64,000 nucleotides of DNA. It comes from Candidatus Bathyarchaeia archaeon (GTDB taxonomy: Archaea; Thermoproteota; Bathyarchaeia; Bathyarchaeales; Bathycorpusculaceae). Of the stretch, positions 48,187 through 57,840 are shown piece after piece. The notes under the pieces are model-generated. The model was given only the letters and a program-made list of their open reading frames with translations. It was not told the DNA's origin and did not search any database. The stretch covers positions 40,658-104,657 of the forward strand of contig JBEKOM010000005.1 in NCBI GenBank assembly GCA_049521795.1. Direction: 5' to 3'. Positions within the stretch are counted from its first letter, which is position 1; each line of letters begins with the position of its first letter. The position numbers were made by a program, and so were the translations under genes.

Positions 48187-48384
48187 TCAAGTAGGGTGCC
48201 GACGTAGGACCAGAAGAAATGTTGCCGCTCCGGAAATGCATGCGCACCATGCAAGCCAATAGTTCGAACCGATGTGATCAAAAGCATCTATAGTGGTTTC
48301 GTTGACACCTAGAATTATGGTTGCAAGGCCTATTGCCAACAGGAAGATGTGCAATGTTTGACGGAGTCTATGATCAAACTTCAA
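48187..48384 (-). CDS. Small two-TM hypothetical protein
   Basis: Two hydrophobic segments. GGAGAG upstream. Confidence 0.4.
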   Translation of the reverse strand: MKFDHRLRQTLHIFLLAIGLATIILGVNETTIDAFDHIGSNYWLAWCACISGAATFLLVLRRHPT

Positions 48385-48553
48385 TGCCTACACTCTCCTT
48401 GATAATAGTGCGCCTGTGCCAGTTATAAAACACTGCTGTTGAATGCGTGTTACAAGGCTTGACTCGCATAAACTTTGTCTCAAAGAGATTTCCGAAGACC
48501 ATCTCTTTCAAAGCCCAGCGCGCTAGATAACAAAAAGCGGTTTTTGATGGACT

Positions 48554-48590
48554 TTGTAACAAGAAACCGTAACAAATGTGTAACAAATCG
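48554..48590. repeat. Triple GTAACAA direct repeat
   Basis: GTAACAA at 48556, 48569 and 48580. TGTAACAAATCG recurs at 49419-49430, with an inverted TGTTACAA at 48448-48455. Confidence 0.6.
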
Positions 48591-48731
48591 GATTTTCCTA
48601 GTAGCGTGCGCTGACAAGAGCAAACACATGACCGCGTGTCAACGAAGCGCTCGCGAAAGTCAGAGCTCAAATCCTTAAAAGGCCCTTGCCTACGTAACTA
48701 TTGTCTGCTTCAGCTATTGGTGGTTGAAAGC

Positions 48732-49367
48732 GTGTCTCGGGCGAAGAACACACGTGAGTTTGATTTTCTCAGAACTCTGGCTTTGAATCTTGGAGCCACA
48801 GAGGCAAAAATAATCCCTGCAGGTGCGGTGGTTGTTGAAAACAGGGTTGTTCTCAAATGCAGATTTGGATGCGACGACTATGGAAAGAAGCTGACCTGCC
48901 CACCATTCACTGTAAAGGTTGACGAATTTCGAAAAATGTTGAAAGACTACAAATACGCTTTGATCGTCAAGTTCAAGTCTCCAGCGGAGGCTGACAAGAA
49001 TGTTTCGAGAAGCCTGCTGAGAAGTCAATATGACTCTACCATGAGTAGAGACTTGCGGGAAAAAGCATCAAAATTCTGGTCTAACTGGAAGAACGACAAG
49101 AAGAGGATCCTAATGTCCGTTCTTGAACTTGAGAAGGCTGCTTTCAACAAAGGATACACGTTTGCAGTTGGATTCACTTCAGGTTCGTGTGGCTTATGCG
49201 AAAAATGCAATGTGGAAGCTGGCATCTGCCTCCACCCGACGATGGCCCGTTGTCCAGAACACGCCGTCGGGGTGAACATGAAAAAGACAGCTGAAAACGC
49301 AGGCATGCCCATAACCTTTCCAATCAAGGGAAAACCCGAACCCACAGCGCTGCTGTTGATAGACTGA
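48732..49367 (+). CDS. DUF2284 family metal-binding protein
   Basis: KCRFGCDDYGKKLTCPP, LELEK, GSCGLCEKC...CLHP..AR..EHAVG. GTG start chosen. Confidence 0.85.
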   Translation: MSRAKNTREFDFLRTLALNLGATEAKIIPAGAVVVENRVVLKCRFGCDDYGKKLTCPPFTVKVDEFRKMLKDYKYALIVKFKSPAEADKNVSRSLLRSQYDSTMSRDLREKASKFWSNWKNDKKRILMSVLELEKAAFNKGYTFAVGFTSGSCGLCEKCNVEAGICLHPTMARCPEHAVGVNMKKTAENAGMPITFPIKGKPEPTALLLID

Positions 49368-49560
49368 GCATTCGTTTTCACCCGTCTGACGATGAGTTAT
49401 TCAACGCGCGAACACAGTTGTAACAAATCGAAATGCCCGTGCCAACAGGAACTCGATTCACACAGCGCTTAGCCCACTTCTTGAAAGACCTAGTCCTCCG
49501 TAGCTGGAGGCCTTTTAAAGAGACAAGTACATACCGCAACCGCTAAAAGTCTCAAGGAAG

Positions 49561-50589
49561 ATGAAGAAGTACTCAAAGCTGGGTTTGAGCATGTCACAGA
49601 ACGCAATGGAGTCCAGGTCTACCGCAAGCGAAAATGAGCTAGAAGTCGTGGAACGCGGAGAAGGCTGGTTTAAGGTTAAGCATCGCCGGACAGGAAACAT
49701 TTGCACTATAATGGACACATTCGCCGAAATGTTTCCGATGTGGGTTGGAAGAGTCTTGATAACAGGCGACACTGAGAAGTGGGCTTTGGCGGCTGCCACC
49801 AGCGCAACTGGCCTGGCGACGAGTGTCATCATGTCTCCAGCAGAGGCAGGGATAGAGGGAACGGTTCCTTCAGACAAGACTCCCGACAATCGGGCAGCCG
49901 TATTGATGCAGGTGTACCACAATAACAGGTTTCAGCTGAAAGCGCAATTGCTACTGCGGGTAGGTCAGTGCGTGATGACGTGCCCAACGGTCTCGGCTTT
50001 CGACGCATTGCCAGACGCTAAGAGGAGGCTGAAGGTAGGCCGAAGCTTAAGGTTGTTCGGCGATGGATTCCAAAGAAAAGGCATGGTCGGCGAAAGAAAG
50101 GTCTGGAGAATTCCAGTGATGGAGGGGGACTTCATCGTTGAAGACAAGTTTGGAGTTGCACAGGCAACAGCGGGCGGCAACTTTCTAATAATGTCAAGAG
50201 ACAAGTCCTCAGGACTTAAGGCTGCGGAAGAAGCAGTGAAAGCCATTAAGGCAAGGCCAAACGAGGTGATCTTGCCTTTCCCTGGCGGAATCTGCCGCTC
50301 AGGTTCCAAAGCCGGCTCGCTCAAGTACAAGCTTAAGGCATCGACAAACCATCCCTTCTGCCCAAAGTTGAGGACACTTATCGCTGATTCGCAGGTGCCT
50401 GAAGACGTGAACTGCGTGTACGAGATCGTCATTAACGGTTTAACGTTGGAAGCTGTTAAGAAAGCCATGGGAGACGGCGTTAAAGCCGCTGCAAGCGTGC
50501 CGGGCGTTGTGAAGATCTCAGCGGGCAACTACGGAGGCAAGCTTGGCCCGTACAAGGCGTTCTTGAAAGAAGTTCTAGAAGTGGCCTGA
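49561..50589 (+). CDS. ftr: Formylmethanofuran--H4MPT N-formyltransferase with N-terminal extension
   Basis: DTFAEMF, ATSVI..PAEAG, RVGQCVMTCPT, FGDG, GGNF, RSGSK, ASTN, YEIVING and SAGNYGGKLG. The start may be 49591. Confidence 0.93.
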   Translation: MKKYSKLGLSMSQNAMESRSTASENELEVVERGEGWFKVKHRRTGNICTIMDTFAEMFPMWVGRVLITGDTEKWALAAATSATGLATSVIMSPAEAGIEGTVPSDKTPDNRAAVLMQVYHNNRFQLKAQLLLRVGQCVMTCPTVSAFDALPDAKRRLKVGRSLRLFGDGFQRKGMVGERKVWRIPVMEGDFIVEDKFGVAQATAGGNFLIMSRDKSSGLKAAEEAVKAIKARPNEVILPFPGGICRSGSKAGSLKYKLKASTNHPFCPKLRTLIADSQVPEDVNCVYEIVINGLTLEAVKKAMGDGVKAAASVPGVVKISAGNYGGKLGPYKAFLKEVLEVA

Positions 50590-50660
50590 ACACTGCTCCC
50601 AAAATCTTATCTGATGCATCGTAATGTAGGTTTAAGACAAAAAACGATTTGTGAGAACAG

Positions 50661-51926
50661 TTGAGTACTTCCAAGAAGACTTCTCTGGAGCTGTTCAGGC
50701 TGAAAAGGACACTGATGACGCTGGCCGACAAGGAGGGGCGGGGAACCGAACTCGTATCACTCTACGTCCCGCATGGAAAGCAGATAAGCGATGTCCTAAC
50801 CACTCTCAGAGACGAGTACGGAACTGCATCGAACATAAAGTCGACGACCACGCGCAAGAACGTAATGGAGGCCATCGTGAAGGTTCAACAGCGCCTTAAG
50901 CTTTTCAAAGAGCCACCTGAAAACGGACTCGTGATATTCTGCGGAGCAATCCCACAGAACGGCGCGGGCAGCGAGCGGATAGAGACTTACGTGATCGTGC
51001 CTCCGGAGGCGATACACGTGTACCTCTACAGGTGCGATGCAAGATTCCACACTGAATACCTGCAGGAAATGCTGAGAGAAAAGGAAACGTACGGCATCCT
51101 CCTCATAGATTCCGCGGGTGCCACGCTTGCCACGCTACAGGGCAGAAGGCTTGAAATTATCAGGGAATTGACGTCCGGTGTACCGGGAAAAACTCGAGCC
51201 GGAGGACAGTCAGCCAGAAGGTACGAAAGACTGCGAGAGATGAGGCTTCAAGAGTATTTTACGCGGGTAGGCGAACACGCTAACGAGTCGTTTCTGCCCA
51301 TTGAAAACTTGAAAGGACTGATAATCGGGGGCCCTGGACCCACGAAATACGACTTCGAAAAGGGAGAATACCTGAACTATATGCTGAAAAACAAGGTCTT
51401 AGACACGATCGACACTGCTTATGTTGAGGAGCAGGGAGTAAAAGAAGTTGTTGAAAAAGCTCCTGAAGTGATGCGCAAGGTCCGTTACATCGAGGAGAAG
51501 AAGGTGGTCCAACAGTTCCTCTACGAGGTCGGCCACGACACTGGAAAAATAACGTACGGGGAAGAAGACGTCAGAAGGGCGCTGGAAACCGGTGCTGTTC
51601 ACACTTTGCTGTTGTCCGAGGGACTTGACATGACACGGGTCACGTTGAAATGCAGTGCGTGCAGCTACCAAGAGCAGCACACGGTGAAGAACAAGGCTTT
51701 TGCAGAGTTTGAACAGGGTCTGATCGGCAAACCCTGCCCAAAATGCAAAGCTCCTGCCCTGAACATAGTTGACAGACAAGACCTCATAGACGATTTTGCC
51801 AAGCTTGCAGAATACACGAACGCGACGGTGGAGATAATATCCACAGAGACAGAAGAAGGCCAAATGCTCAAAAACTCTTTCGGCGGAGTTGCCGCAATAC
51901 TTCGATTTAAGCTTCACGAACAATGA
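50661..51926 (+). CDS. prf1: Peptide chain release factor aRF1
   Basis: GTELVSLY, ASNIKS, YRCD..F, GGQSARR and FGGVAAILRF. Confidence 0.96.
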   Translation: MSTSKKTSLELFRLKRTLMTLADKEGRGTELVSLYVPHGKQISDVLTTLRDEYGTASNIKSTTTRKNVMEAIVKVQQRLKLFKEPPENGLVIFCGAIPQNGAGSERIETYVIVPPEAIHVYLYRCDARFHTEYLQEMLREKETYGILLIDSAGATLATLQGRRLEIIRELTSGVPGKTRAGGQSARRYERLREMRLQEYFTRVGEHANESFLPIENLKGLIIGGPGPTKYDFEKGEYLNYMLKNKVLDTIDTAYVEEQGVKEVVEKAPEVMRKVRYIEEKKVVQQFLYEVGHDTGKITYGEEDVRRALETGAVHTLLLSEGLDMTRVTLKCSACSYQEQHTVKNKAFAEFEQGLIGKPCPKCKAPALNIVDRQDLIDDFAKLAEYTNATVEIISTETEEGQMLKNSFGGVAAILRFKLHEQ

Positions 51927-51982
51927 TAGCAAGGAACGCATTCGTCTACAGTCTCGTTCTAACGGGCCCAAAAAGAACATAA

Positions 51983-53146
51983 GTGTTGAACAGGGTCTAC
52001 AGCTTGAAGGGAAATGCGTTGAAACATCCGTCACTGTACCTGGACTGGTACATCCATGTGCCCAACGTTAAGTACGATTTCCGCTCAAGCGGCATAGCAT
52101 ACTTCAAGCACACTCTGAACTTAGGCGAAGTTGATTTAAGCGTAAACTACACACACGGCAACCCTGAAGCCGTCAACCAGATAGCCCACTTGTACCGCGT
52201 AAGACCCGAAAACGTGTTCATCTCAGGAGAAGGAGCCTCAGGCCAGAACGCACGAATAGTCAGATACCTTGCAGAAAGAAACTCTGAGAAGAGAGAAGCA
52301 ATAGTGGAGTACCCAACTTATGAACCTCTGCTGAGGACGGTTCAAGAACACTTCTCTCGCGTCAAAAGACTGGACAGACAGGAAAAAGACGCGTACGCAC
52401 TTGACGCAGACAGGCTTCGCAAAGTCGTCTCGGCGAAAACGGGGTTGCTCGTCATGACAAATCCTCACGCTCCAAGCGGAGCAGTGTCCGGTTTGAGTGA
52501 GCTCAGAGAAGTGATGAACGTTGCTCGAGAACACGGTTTTCACGTGTTGTGCGATGAGATCTACGGCGAATTTGACCGAAAGGCTGTCCCCACACTCTTC
52601 TCGGTTGACCCAAAGCTTGGTGTAGTGACGACGAGTTTCTCGAAGGCTTACGGCCTTGGAGGCCTGAAGCTTGGCGTGGCATTGGCCGAAAAGCAGCTGG
52701 TTGATGAACTCTACACAGACGTGTTGAACACTGTGGGAAATGCTCCGAACATCGTGCAGCTTGTCGGTGCAGAACTTCTAGCCACAGGGAAGGAAAAGCT
52801 TCAAAGACACAAACAAGAATGGGATCAGTTAAAGGAAGAGACTGAAAAGTGGCTTGGAGAAATGGGTCTGAAGTATTTCCCAAGCAGAGTCGGTGTGACT
52901 TACTGGGTAAAACTGCCAATCAAGGACACGTACAAGTGGGTTACTGAACAGACAATACCGAAGTACAGCTTGGCCCCCGTGCCAGGCGCGTTCTTTCTCT
53001 TCAGAAACGGCTACAAGCTCGTAAGGTCAAACATGGTAAGGTTGGGCCTCGGAGGCATAAACCCGAAGAACTCGAACCTGAGCCAGGCGCTTGAGGCATT
53101 GGAGAAGGCTATTAAAGAACGCAAATCTGACACCACGGAGAGATAG
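51983..53146 (+). CDS. PLP-dependent aminotransferase class I/II
   Basis: TNPHAPSG, DEIY and SFSKAYGLGGLKLG. The start may be TTG 52019. Confidence 0.85.
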   Translation: MLNRVYSLKGNALKHPSLYLDWYIHVPNVKYDFRSSGIAYFKHTLNLGEVDLSVNYTHGNPEAVNQIAHLYRVRPENVFISGEGASGQNARIVRYLAERNSEKREAIVEYPTYEPLLRTVQEHFSRVKRLDRQEKDAYALDADRLRKVVSAKTGLLVMTNPHAPSGAVSGLSELREVMNVAREHGFHVLCDEIYGEFDRKAVPTLFSVDPKLGVVTTSFSKAYGLGGLKLGVALAEKQLVDELYTDVLNTVGNAPNIVQLVGAELLATGKEKLQRHKQEWDQLKEETEKWLGEMGLKYFPSRVGVTYWVKLPIKDTYKWVTEQTIPKYSLAPVPGAFFLFRNGYKLVRSNMVRLGLGGINPKNSNLSQALEALEKAIKERKSDTTER

Positions 53147-53273
53147 CGATACCGTTTGGACTGGTCAGATTCTGCGCGTTTGCAACCTTCCGATCTTTGT
53201 CTTTCGCAGGTTTCACCGTCTGAGTGTCGGAAAAGTCTATTAAAGTAGGAAATAGTAGGTTTCATGATACAAA

Positions 53274-53963
53274 TTGGCAGACGAGGACACGAAGGGCGTC
53301 CGTTGCCCGTTCTGCGGCGCACCATACAGAAAGCTCATTCCGACCGATGCCCTGCAGCTCAAATGCGACTATTGCGGAGCAACCTTCAGGACGCCTCCCA
53401 GCATCGGAGTTGAAATCCCAGAATGCGCCAATCACCCTGAAAGGTACGCAACGGGCGTTTGCAACGATTGCGGACAAAACTTCTGCAGAGAATGTCTGCA
53501 CCCTTACAATCTGAACACGAAGAGTGACAGGGCTGTGCTGTACTTGTGCCCGGACTGTTACAAGAAAAGGTATCTCGACAGAGCCAACGGCCACGTCCTA
53601 TCAGGCATGCTAATAATCGCGATGGGAGCCTTCTTCACGTTTCTGGCGCTACCGTTCGTATTCGTCGCCGTGATAGGTTTAATCCAGGTTTTCTACGGTG
53701 TTTCACAGAGAAGTGAAGCATCACAGGAACTCGGAACTGGTCAGCAAGGGGCCGAGACAGAAAAGGCGGCAGAACCTTCAGGCACGGAAGAAGCTGATGC
53801 TGAAACACTCTATAATGAACTCTTGACCAAGTACGCAGAGCACTGGGGAGTCCAGAGTGGAGCAGAGCTCCTTAACAATGAAATAAGGGCCTACACGTGG
53901 GCCGGAGTGAGCTTTAGCGAAGCCGTGAACAAGGTCTATGAGCGCCAGCAAAAGAAGCCTTAG
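53274..53963 (+). CDS. Zn-ribbon + B-box-type Zn finger membrane protein
   Basis: CPFC..CDYC, then CANH..CNDC...CREC...CPDC, then two TM helices. Confidence 0.75.
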   Translation: MADEDTKGVRCPFCGAPYRKLIPTDALQLKCDYCGATFRTPPSIGVEIPECANHPERYATGVCNDCGQNFCRECLHPYNLNTKSDRAVLYLCPDCYKKRYLDRANGHVLSGMLIIAMGAFFTFLALPFVFVAVIGLIQVFYGVSQRSEASQELGTGQQGAETEKAAEPSGTEEADAETLYNELLTKYAEHWGVQSGAELLNNEIRAYTWAGVSFSEAVNKVYERQQKKP

Positions 53964-54052
53964 CAGCCTTCTCAAGGAACCATACTTCGAGGGAAAGCAG
54001 CATCTACTGACATGCCGCGGTTGGAAGATTGTTCCGCAAATGATTTAGACTT

Positions 54053-54310
54053 GTGATGCGCAACAGAGAATTGGAGGAGCACAAATTGCAGACGAGTAGG
54101 TTCTTCACTGTCGACTTAGCGAGGATCAAGGGAAAAGGCGATTTCAGCTGTCCGAAATGCGGAACAAAGATTTCTCCAGATGACAGAAGCGAGAAGACCT
54201 ACAAGATCTTAGACGCCCACATGAGAGGAGACGAGTTGGACAGCATAATGCTACAGTGCAACAAATGCGAGAGCCAGATACACCTGACTGGATTCCACGC
54301 GTTGAGTTGA
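54053..54310 (+). CDS. Small Zn-ribbon protein
   Basis: GDFSCPKCG..ISPDD and CNKC. Confidence 0.7.
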   Translation: MMRNRELEEHKLQTSRFFTVDLARIKGKGDFSCPKCGTKISPDDRSEKTYKILDAHMRGDELDSIMLQCNKCESQIHLTGFHALS

Positions 54311-54450
54311 CAACGTGACGGTCGTGCCGGTTCAAGACTGATGGTTGAATGATGCTTCATTAGCAGAGGCCCCTAAGAACACCAGACGGCTCGAAGAGCT
54401 CGCTACTTTTATTTGGGGTCGAACCATCTACCTATCACATGTGATTTGAG

Positions 54451-54942
54451 ATGAGTAAGAGTAACCAGCGATACGGAATGTGTGGTGTTTATTGCGGTCA
54501 GTGTCCGAATGGCAATGGAAGAGTAAAGATGATGGCTGGGGAGTTGAAGAGGCTTGTTGACACGACTCGCTATGACTGGGTTAGAGATGCAGTGAAGTCA
54601 TTCAGCTTTGACGAGTTCAGAAAGGGCCTAGAATGGTTTTCTGACTCGCAGTGTCCCATGTGTCAGAACGGTGGGGGCGCGCCTTGCGAGAACAGAAAAT
54701 GTGCTCCCAAGAGAGGCCTTCAAAGCTGCCTCTTATGTGGGGACTATCTGACGTGCAAGAACACCGAGTATCAGAGAGACGCGTACCCCATCGTCGTCGA
54801 GAATTACAGTCGCGTCAAACAAGTGGGCTTCGAGAAGCATCTTGAAGAGGAAGACGAAAGAGCAAGAGCAGGCGTGGACTTGATGGGTCATCTGGAAAGA
54901 AAATACTGCAAGGTCGTCAAACTAGAGGACAAAGGCAAATAA
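54451..54942 (+). CDS. DUF3795-type Cys-rich protein
   Basis: CGVYCGQC, CPMC, C..KC and CLLC....C. Confidence 0.8.
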   Translation: MSKSNQRYGMCGVYCGQCPNGNGRVKMMAGELKRLVDTTRYDWVRDAVKSFSFDEFRKGLEWFSDSQCPMCQNGGGAPCENRKCAPKRGLQSCLLCGDYLTCKNTEYQRDAYPIVVENYSRVKQVGFEKHLEEEDERARAGVDLMGHLERKYCKVVKLEDKGK

Positions 54943-55090
54943 CGCGCACGAAAAGCTCGTCGCTTGAATTTCTCTGATATCGTGCCGATGTTCAATTTCT
55001 CTAGGCCTTCAGCCTGTTTAGGGTTCAAAACTTAATACTCTGATTCTGACAGATCACTCTTCGGTCAAACGACAAAGGCGGTCTGTTGAA

Positions 55091-55909
55091 TTGAGTTTGA
55101 AGAAAAGGACTAAGACATGTCTGGTGCCACTGCCCGAGCTCATCTCCCTCAAGAAAAGGAAAGCACTGATCACCGGCGCAGGAGCAGGCATCGGCAGAGC
55201 CATAGCTTACAGGTTTGCTGAAGCAGGTGCAGACCTGGAACTTGTTGACATCAACGAAGAAAGCCTCAACATGGTGAAACGAGAGCTCGAGCAGTTCAAC
55301 GTTGAAATCAACGTTCACAGGGTCAATCTAGCTAAGAAAGAAGAGATAGATGCCTTGTGGAAGAAGCTAGATGGAAGAGAGCCTGACATCTTGGTAAACA
55401 ACGCTGGCATATATCCCAGCAAACCCTTCCTCGACGTGGACGAAGCTTTCCTCAAGAAAGTCATGGAAATCAACCTGAACTCTGTTTTCTGGTTGTGCCA
55501 GCACATGATAAGGGCCAGGTTGAAGAAGGGCGGAGTGATCATAAACATGGGTTCAATCGAAGCCATAATGCCTCTGAAACAAGACTTGTGCCACTATGAC
55601 ATTAGCAAAGCAGGGATCATGGTTCTCTCAAGAGCTCTGGCCAGCGAGTACGGCAGACACGGTTTCAGGATAAACGTACTCGTTCCAGGCGGAACATGGA
55701 CACAGGGAACCAAGAGCCTGGCGAAGGAAGCCGTGAAACTCAAGTTTAACGTCATCAAATCAGGCATAGAGTACAATATGAGGAACCCAATGGGCAGGTT
55801 GGCCAAGCCGGACGAGATCGCACGCATGGCACTAGTTCTCGCAAGCGACCTGTCAAGTTACGTGAACGGAACGCTAATAGCCGTGGACGGAGGCTTTCTC
55901 TCGGCTTAG
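55091..55909 (+). CDS. SDR family oxidoreductase
   Basis: TGAGAGIG, NNAG, YDISK and VDGG. The start may be a downstream GTG. Confidence 0.92.
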   Translation: MSLKKRTKTCLVPLPELISLKKRKALITGAGAGIGRAIAYRFAEAGADLELVDINEESLNMVKRELEQFNVEINVHRVNLAKKEEIDALWKKLDGREPDILVNNAGIYPSKPFLDVDEAFLKKVMEINLNSVFWLCQHMIRARLKKGGVIINMGSIEAIMPLKQDLCHYDISKAGIMVLSRALASEYGRHGFRINVLVPGGTWTQGTKSLAKEAVKLKFNVIKSGIEYNMRNPMGRLAKPDEIARMALVLASDLSSYVNGTLIAVDGGFLSA

Positions 55910-56173
55910 CAACGGAGCGCGCTTGTGCGTTCCTAAGTTCTCTTTGAGAAGCAGCTTCTGCTACTTTGCTCTTCAACCATATTTGGTTCATATAGGATAC
56001 CGGGGGGAGGGCGTGAGAGAGAGCAAGCATCTAGCCCGAACGGTGACAGTAACCATCACCCTCGGAAAACGCAGTGCCTCCTTCTTCAACGGAATTTAGG
56101 AACGGGCATGCGCTAGGCAAGCTTTAAGAACTTGTAATAGCGGGTTTGGTAGGTTGTATGGAGGTCTGTCGGA

Positions 56174-56638
56174 ACGAAAGTCTTGATCGTCTATGACGCA
56201 GTTTCACCCATGAAGTTGACAGCGAAGATCGCTGAAACCATTCATGAAGTCCTCAAGGAAAAGGGAATTGAGGTTGACTCCTTCTACGTCAAGGATGTTG
56301 ACCGGGCAACGGTTAAGAATTATGAATGCCTGATTGCTGGTGCACCCACAATGGCTTTCAGAGCTTCAAGCGGGATAATGCAGTTCCTCAACAGTTTCTC
56401 AGATATGGAATTTTCTGGCAAGATGGGAGCTGCCTTTGACACGCAACTGCAATCAAGGTTCAGTGGAAACGCAGCTGAAGGCATTAGAAAGAAACTCGAG
56501 AAATTGGGTCTTAAGATGATCGCGCCTCCTTTGCTGGCCTATGTTGCAGGCAAGACGAATAGTATGCAATTGAAAGAAGGAGAATTGGAGAAAGCGAAGA
56601 ATTGGGCGGAAGAAGTTGCCAAAACGCTTTCTAAATAG
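56174..56638 (+). CDS. Flavodoxin-like protein; possible ACG start
   Basis: (ACG)KVLIVYD, IAETI, GAPT and AAFDT. GGAGGT lies 8 nt before the ACG. Confidence 0.8.
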   Translation, partial: TKVLIVYDAVSPMKLTAKIAETIHEVLKEKGIEVDSFYVKDVDRATVKNYECLIAGAPTMAFRASSGIMQFLNSFSDMEFSGKMGAAFDTQLQSRFSGNAAEGIRKKLEKLGLKMIAPPLLAYVAGKTNSMQLKEGELEKAKNWAEEVAKTLSK

Positions 56639-56673
56639 AGCTTAAGTCAGTCTCGCAAATCTTCCTCCGCTGA

Positions 56674-56915
56674 AAGTCGTTCTGCACATTCAAATGTGGC
56701 CGTGTTTGGAAATATCGACGGACAGCCCATTTCCATAGGCTCTCATTCCTCGGAATTTGTTCTAGGAGAGTATCGAATAAGTCGAATGTGGTTGATGACA
56801 GGAACTGAAGTTCACAAATGTCTCTGCTTGACCGTGATTTTTCTTAAAGATATGACTTGGGGGCTACCGCAGCTCGATTCACTGCACGGCTTGTCGAACT
56901 TGTGCAGAACGATTT
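56674..56915. mobile_element. Candidate MITE / IS remnant bounded by inverted repeats
   Basis: TCGTTCTGCACA (56677-56688) and TGTGCAGAACGA (56901-56912) form a perfect 12-bp IR, 14/15 when extended. No clear TSD. Confidence 0.35.
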
Positions 56916-57002
56916 AGTACTCATCGAGTAACAATCACATCAGCTTCACGGTGCACAAAATTTAGGACTATTCCTTCTTCATCCAAAGGGGTTCAGGTCC
57001 GA

Positions 57003-57080
57003 TGGTGGGGCTGCCCGGATTTGAACCGGGGTCTAGAGAGCCCAAGTCTCCAAGCCTAGACCAAACTAGCCGACAGCCCC
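57003..57080 (-). tRNA. tRNA-Pro(UGG)
   Basis: GGGGCTG/CAGCCCC plus A-CCA, anticodon arm GGAGA-CTTGGGC-TCTCT, T-arm CCCGG-TTCAAAT-CCGGG. Confidence 0.93.
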
Positions 57081-57229
57081 TTTTCTCTTAGCGTTAAAGC
57101 CATTGTTGATGGTGCAGTTTAAGCCTTTTGTCTAGCTATAATTGGCGTCAAGAGATTTGCGGCTTCAAGAACAATTCTTGTAGACTTACCGGAATTTCCT
57201 CATCGACCGACGAATTCAGGCTTACGAAT

Positions 57230-57580
57230 CTAGAAAAAGGACTGTCGCTGCTTCTTGAGGCTGCACTGGAGTATTTTTGGGCAGATTAGGCACTCGTCGG
57301 GGACGGGTATGTCCTTCGACACGGCGCTTAGGAAGCCTGAATAGTGGGCGCACTTCGCCGGTGAGTCGAAAACCTTTCCGTATTCAATTGCTCGGATGTC
57401 CACGACCTTCAGGTTCTCAATTTGCATATCTATCTTGGACATGCAGTACGGGCAGGCGTAGAACGTTTTTCTGGGAAGCGTGGAGGGGTCTGTGAGGATC
57501 GTTGGCCTCTCGAAGGACTTACCACATCCCTTGTACGGACATTTCAGTCTTGCGGCATGGTGGAGATGTAGTGGTGACAT
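57230..57580 (-). CDS. Small Cys-rich Zn-finger protein
   Basis: CPYKGC, CPYC and CAH...CLIC.....C. GGAT/AGGA SD-like sequence before MSPLH. Confidence 0.7.
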   Translation of the reverse strand: MSPLHLHHAARLKCPYKGCGKSFERPTILTDPSTLPRKTFYACPYCMSKIDMQIENLKVVDIRAIEYGKVFDSPAKCAHYSGFLSAVSKDIPVPDECLICPKILQCSLKKQRQSFF

Positions 57581-57695
57581 TGCATATCCTTCTTTGGAGT
57601 GCCCGTTAGTATCGTTAGTATTAATATTTAATAAGGATTGCTGTTTAGGCGTGCAACAAGAATACACAAACTCAACTTTGCCATCTCCTTCGAAG

Positions 57696-57769
57696 AGCCT
57701 CGGCCGGGCTTTGAACCCGGGGCCTGCGGTTTACGAGACCGCCGCTCTACCGAGCTGAGCTACCGAGGC
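57696..57769 (-). tRNA. tRNA-Thr(CGU), CCA not encoded
   Basis: GCCTCGG/CCGAGGC acceptor, GCGGT-CTCGTAA-ACCGC anticodon arm, CCGGG-TTCAAAG-CCCGG T-arm. Confidence 0.93.
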
Positions 57770-57840
57770 ATGTGCCGCTTAGTAGTGAGGGGAACCCTTA
57801 TTTTTAAGATGTTCGGAAATAGCCCTTGGACGCTGGGCTT

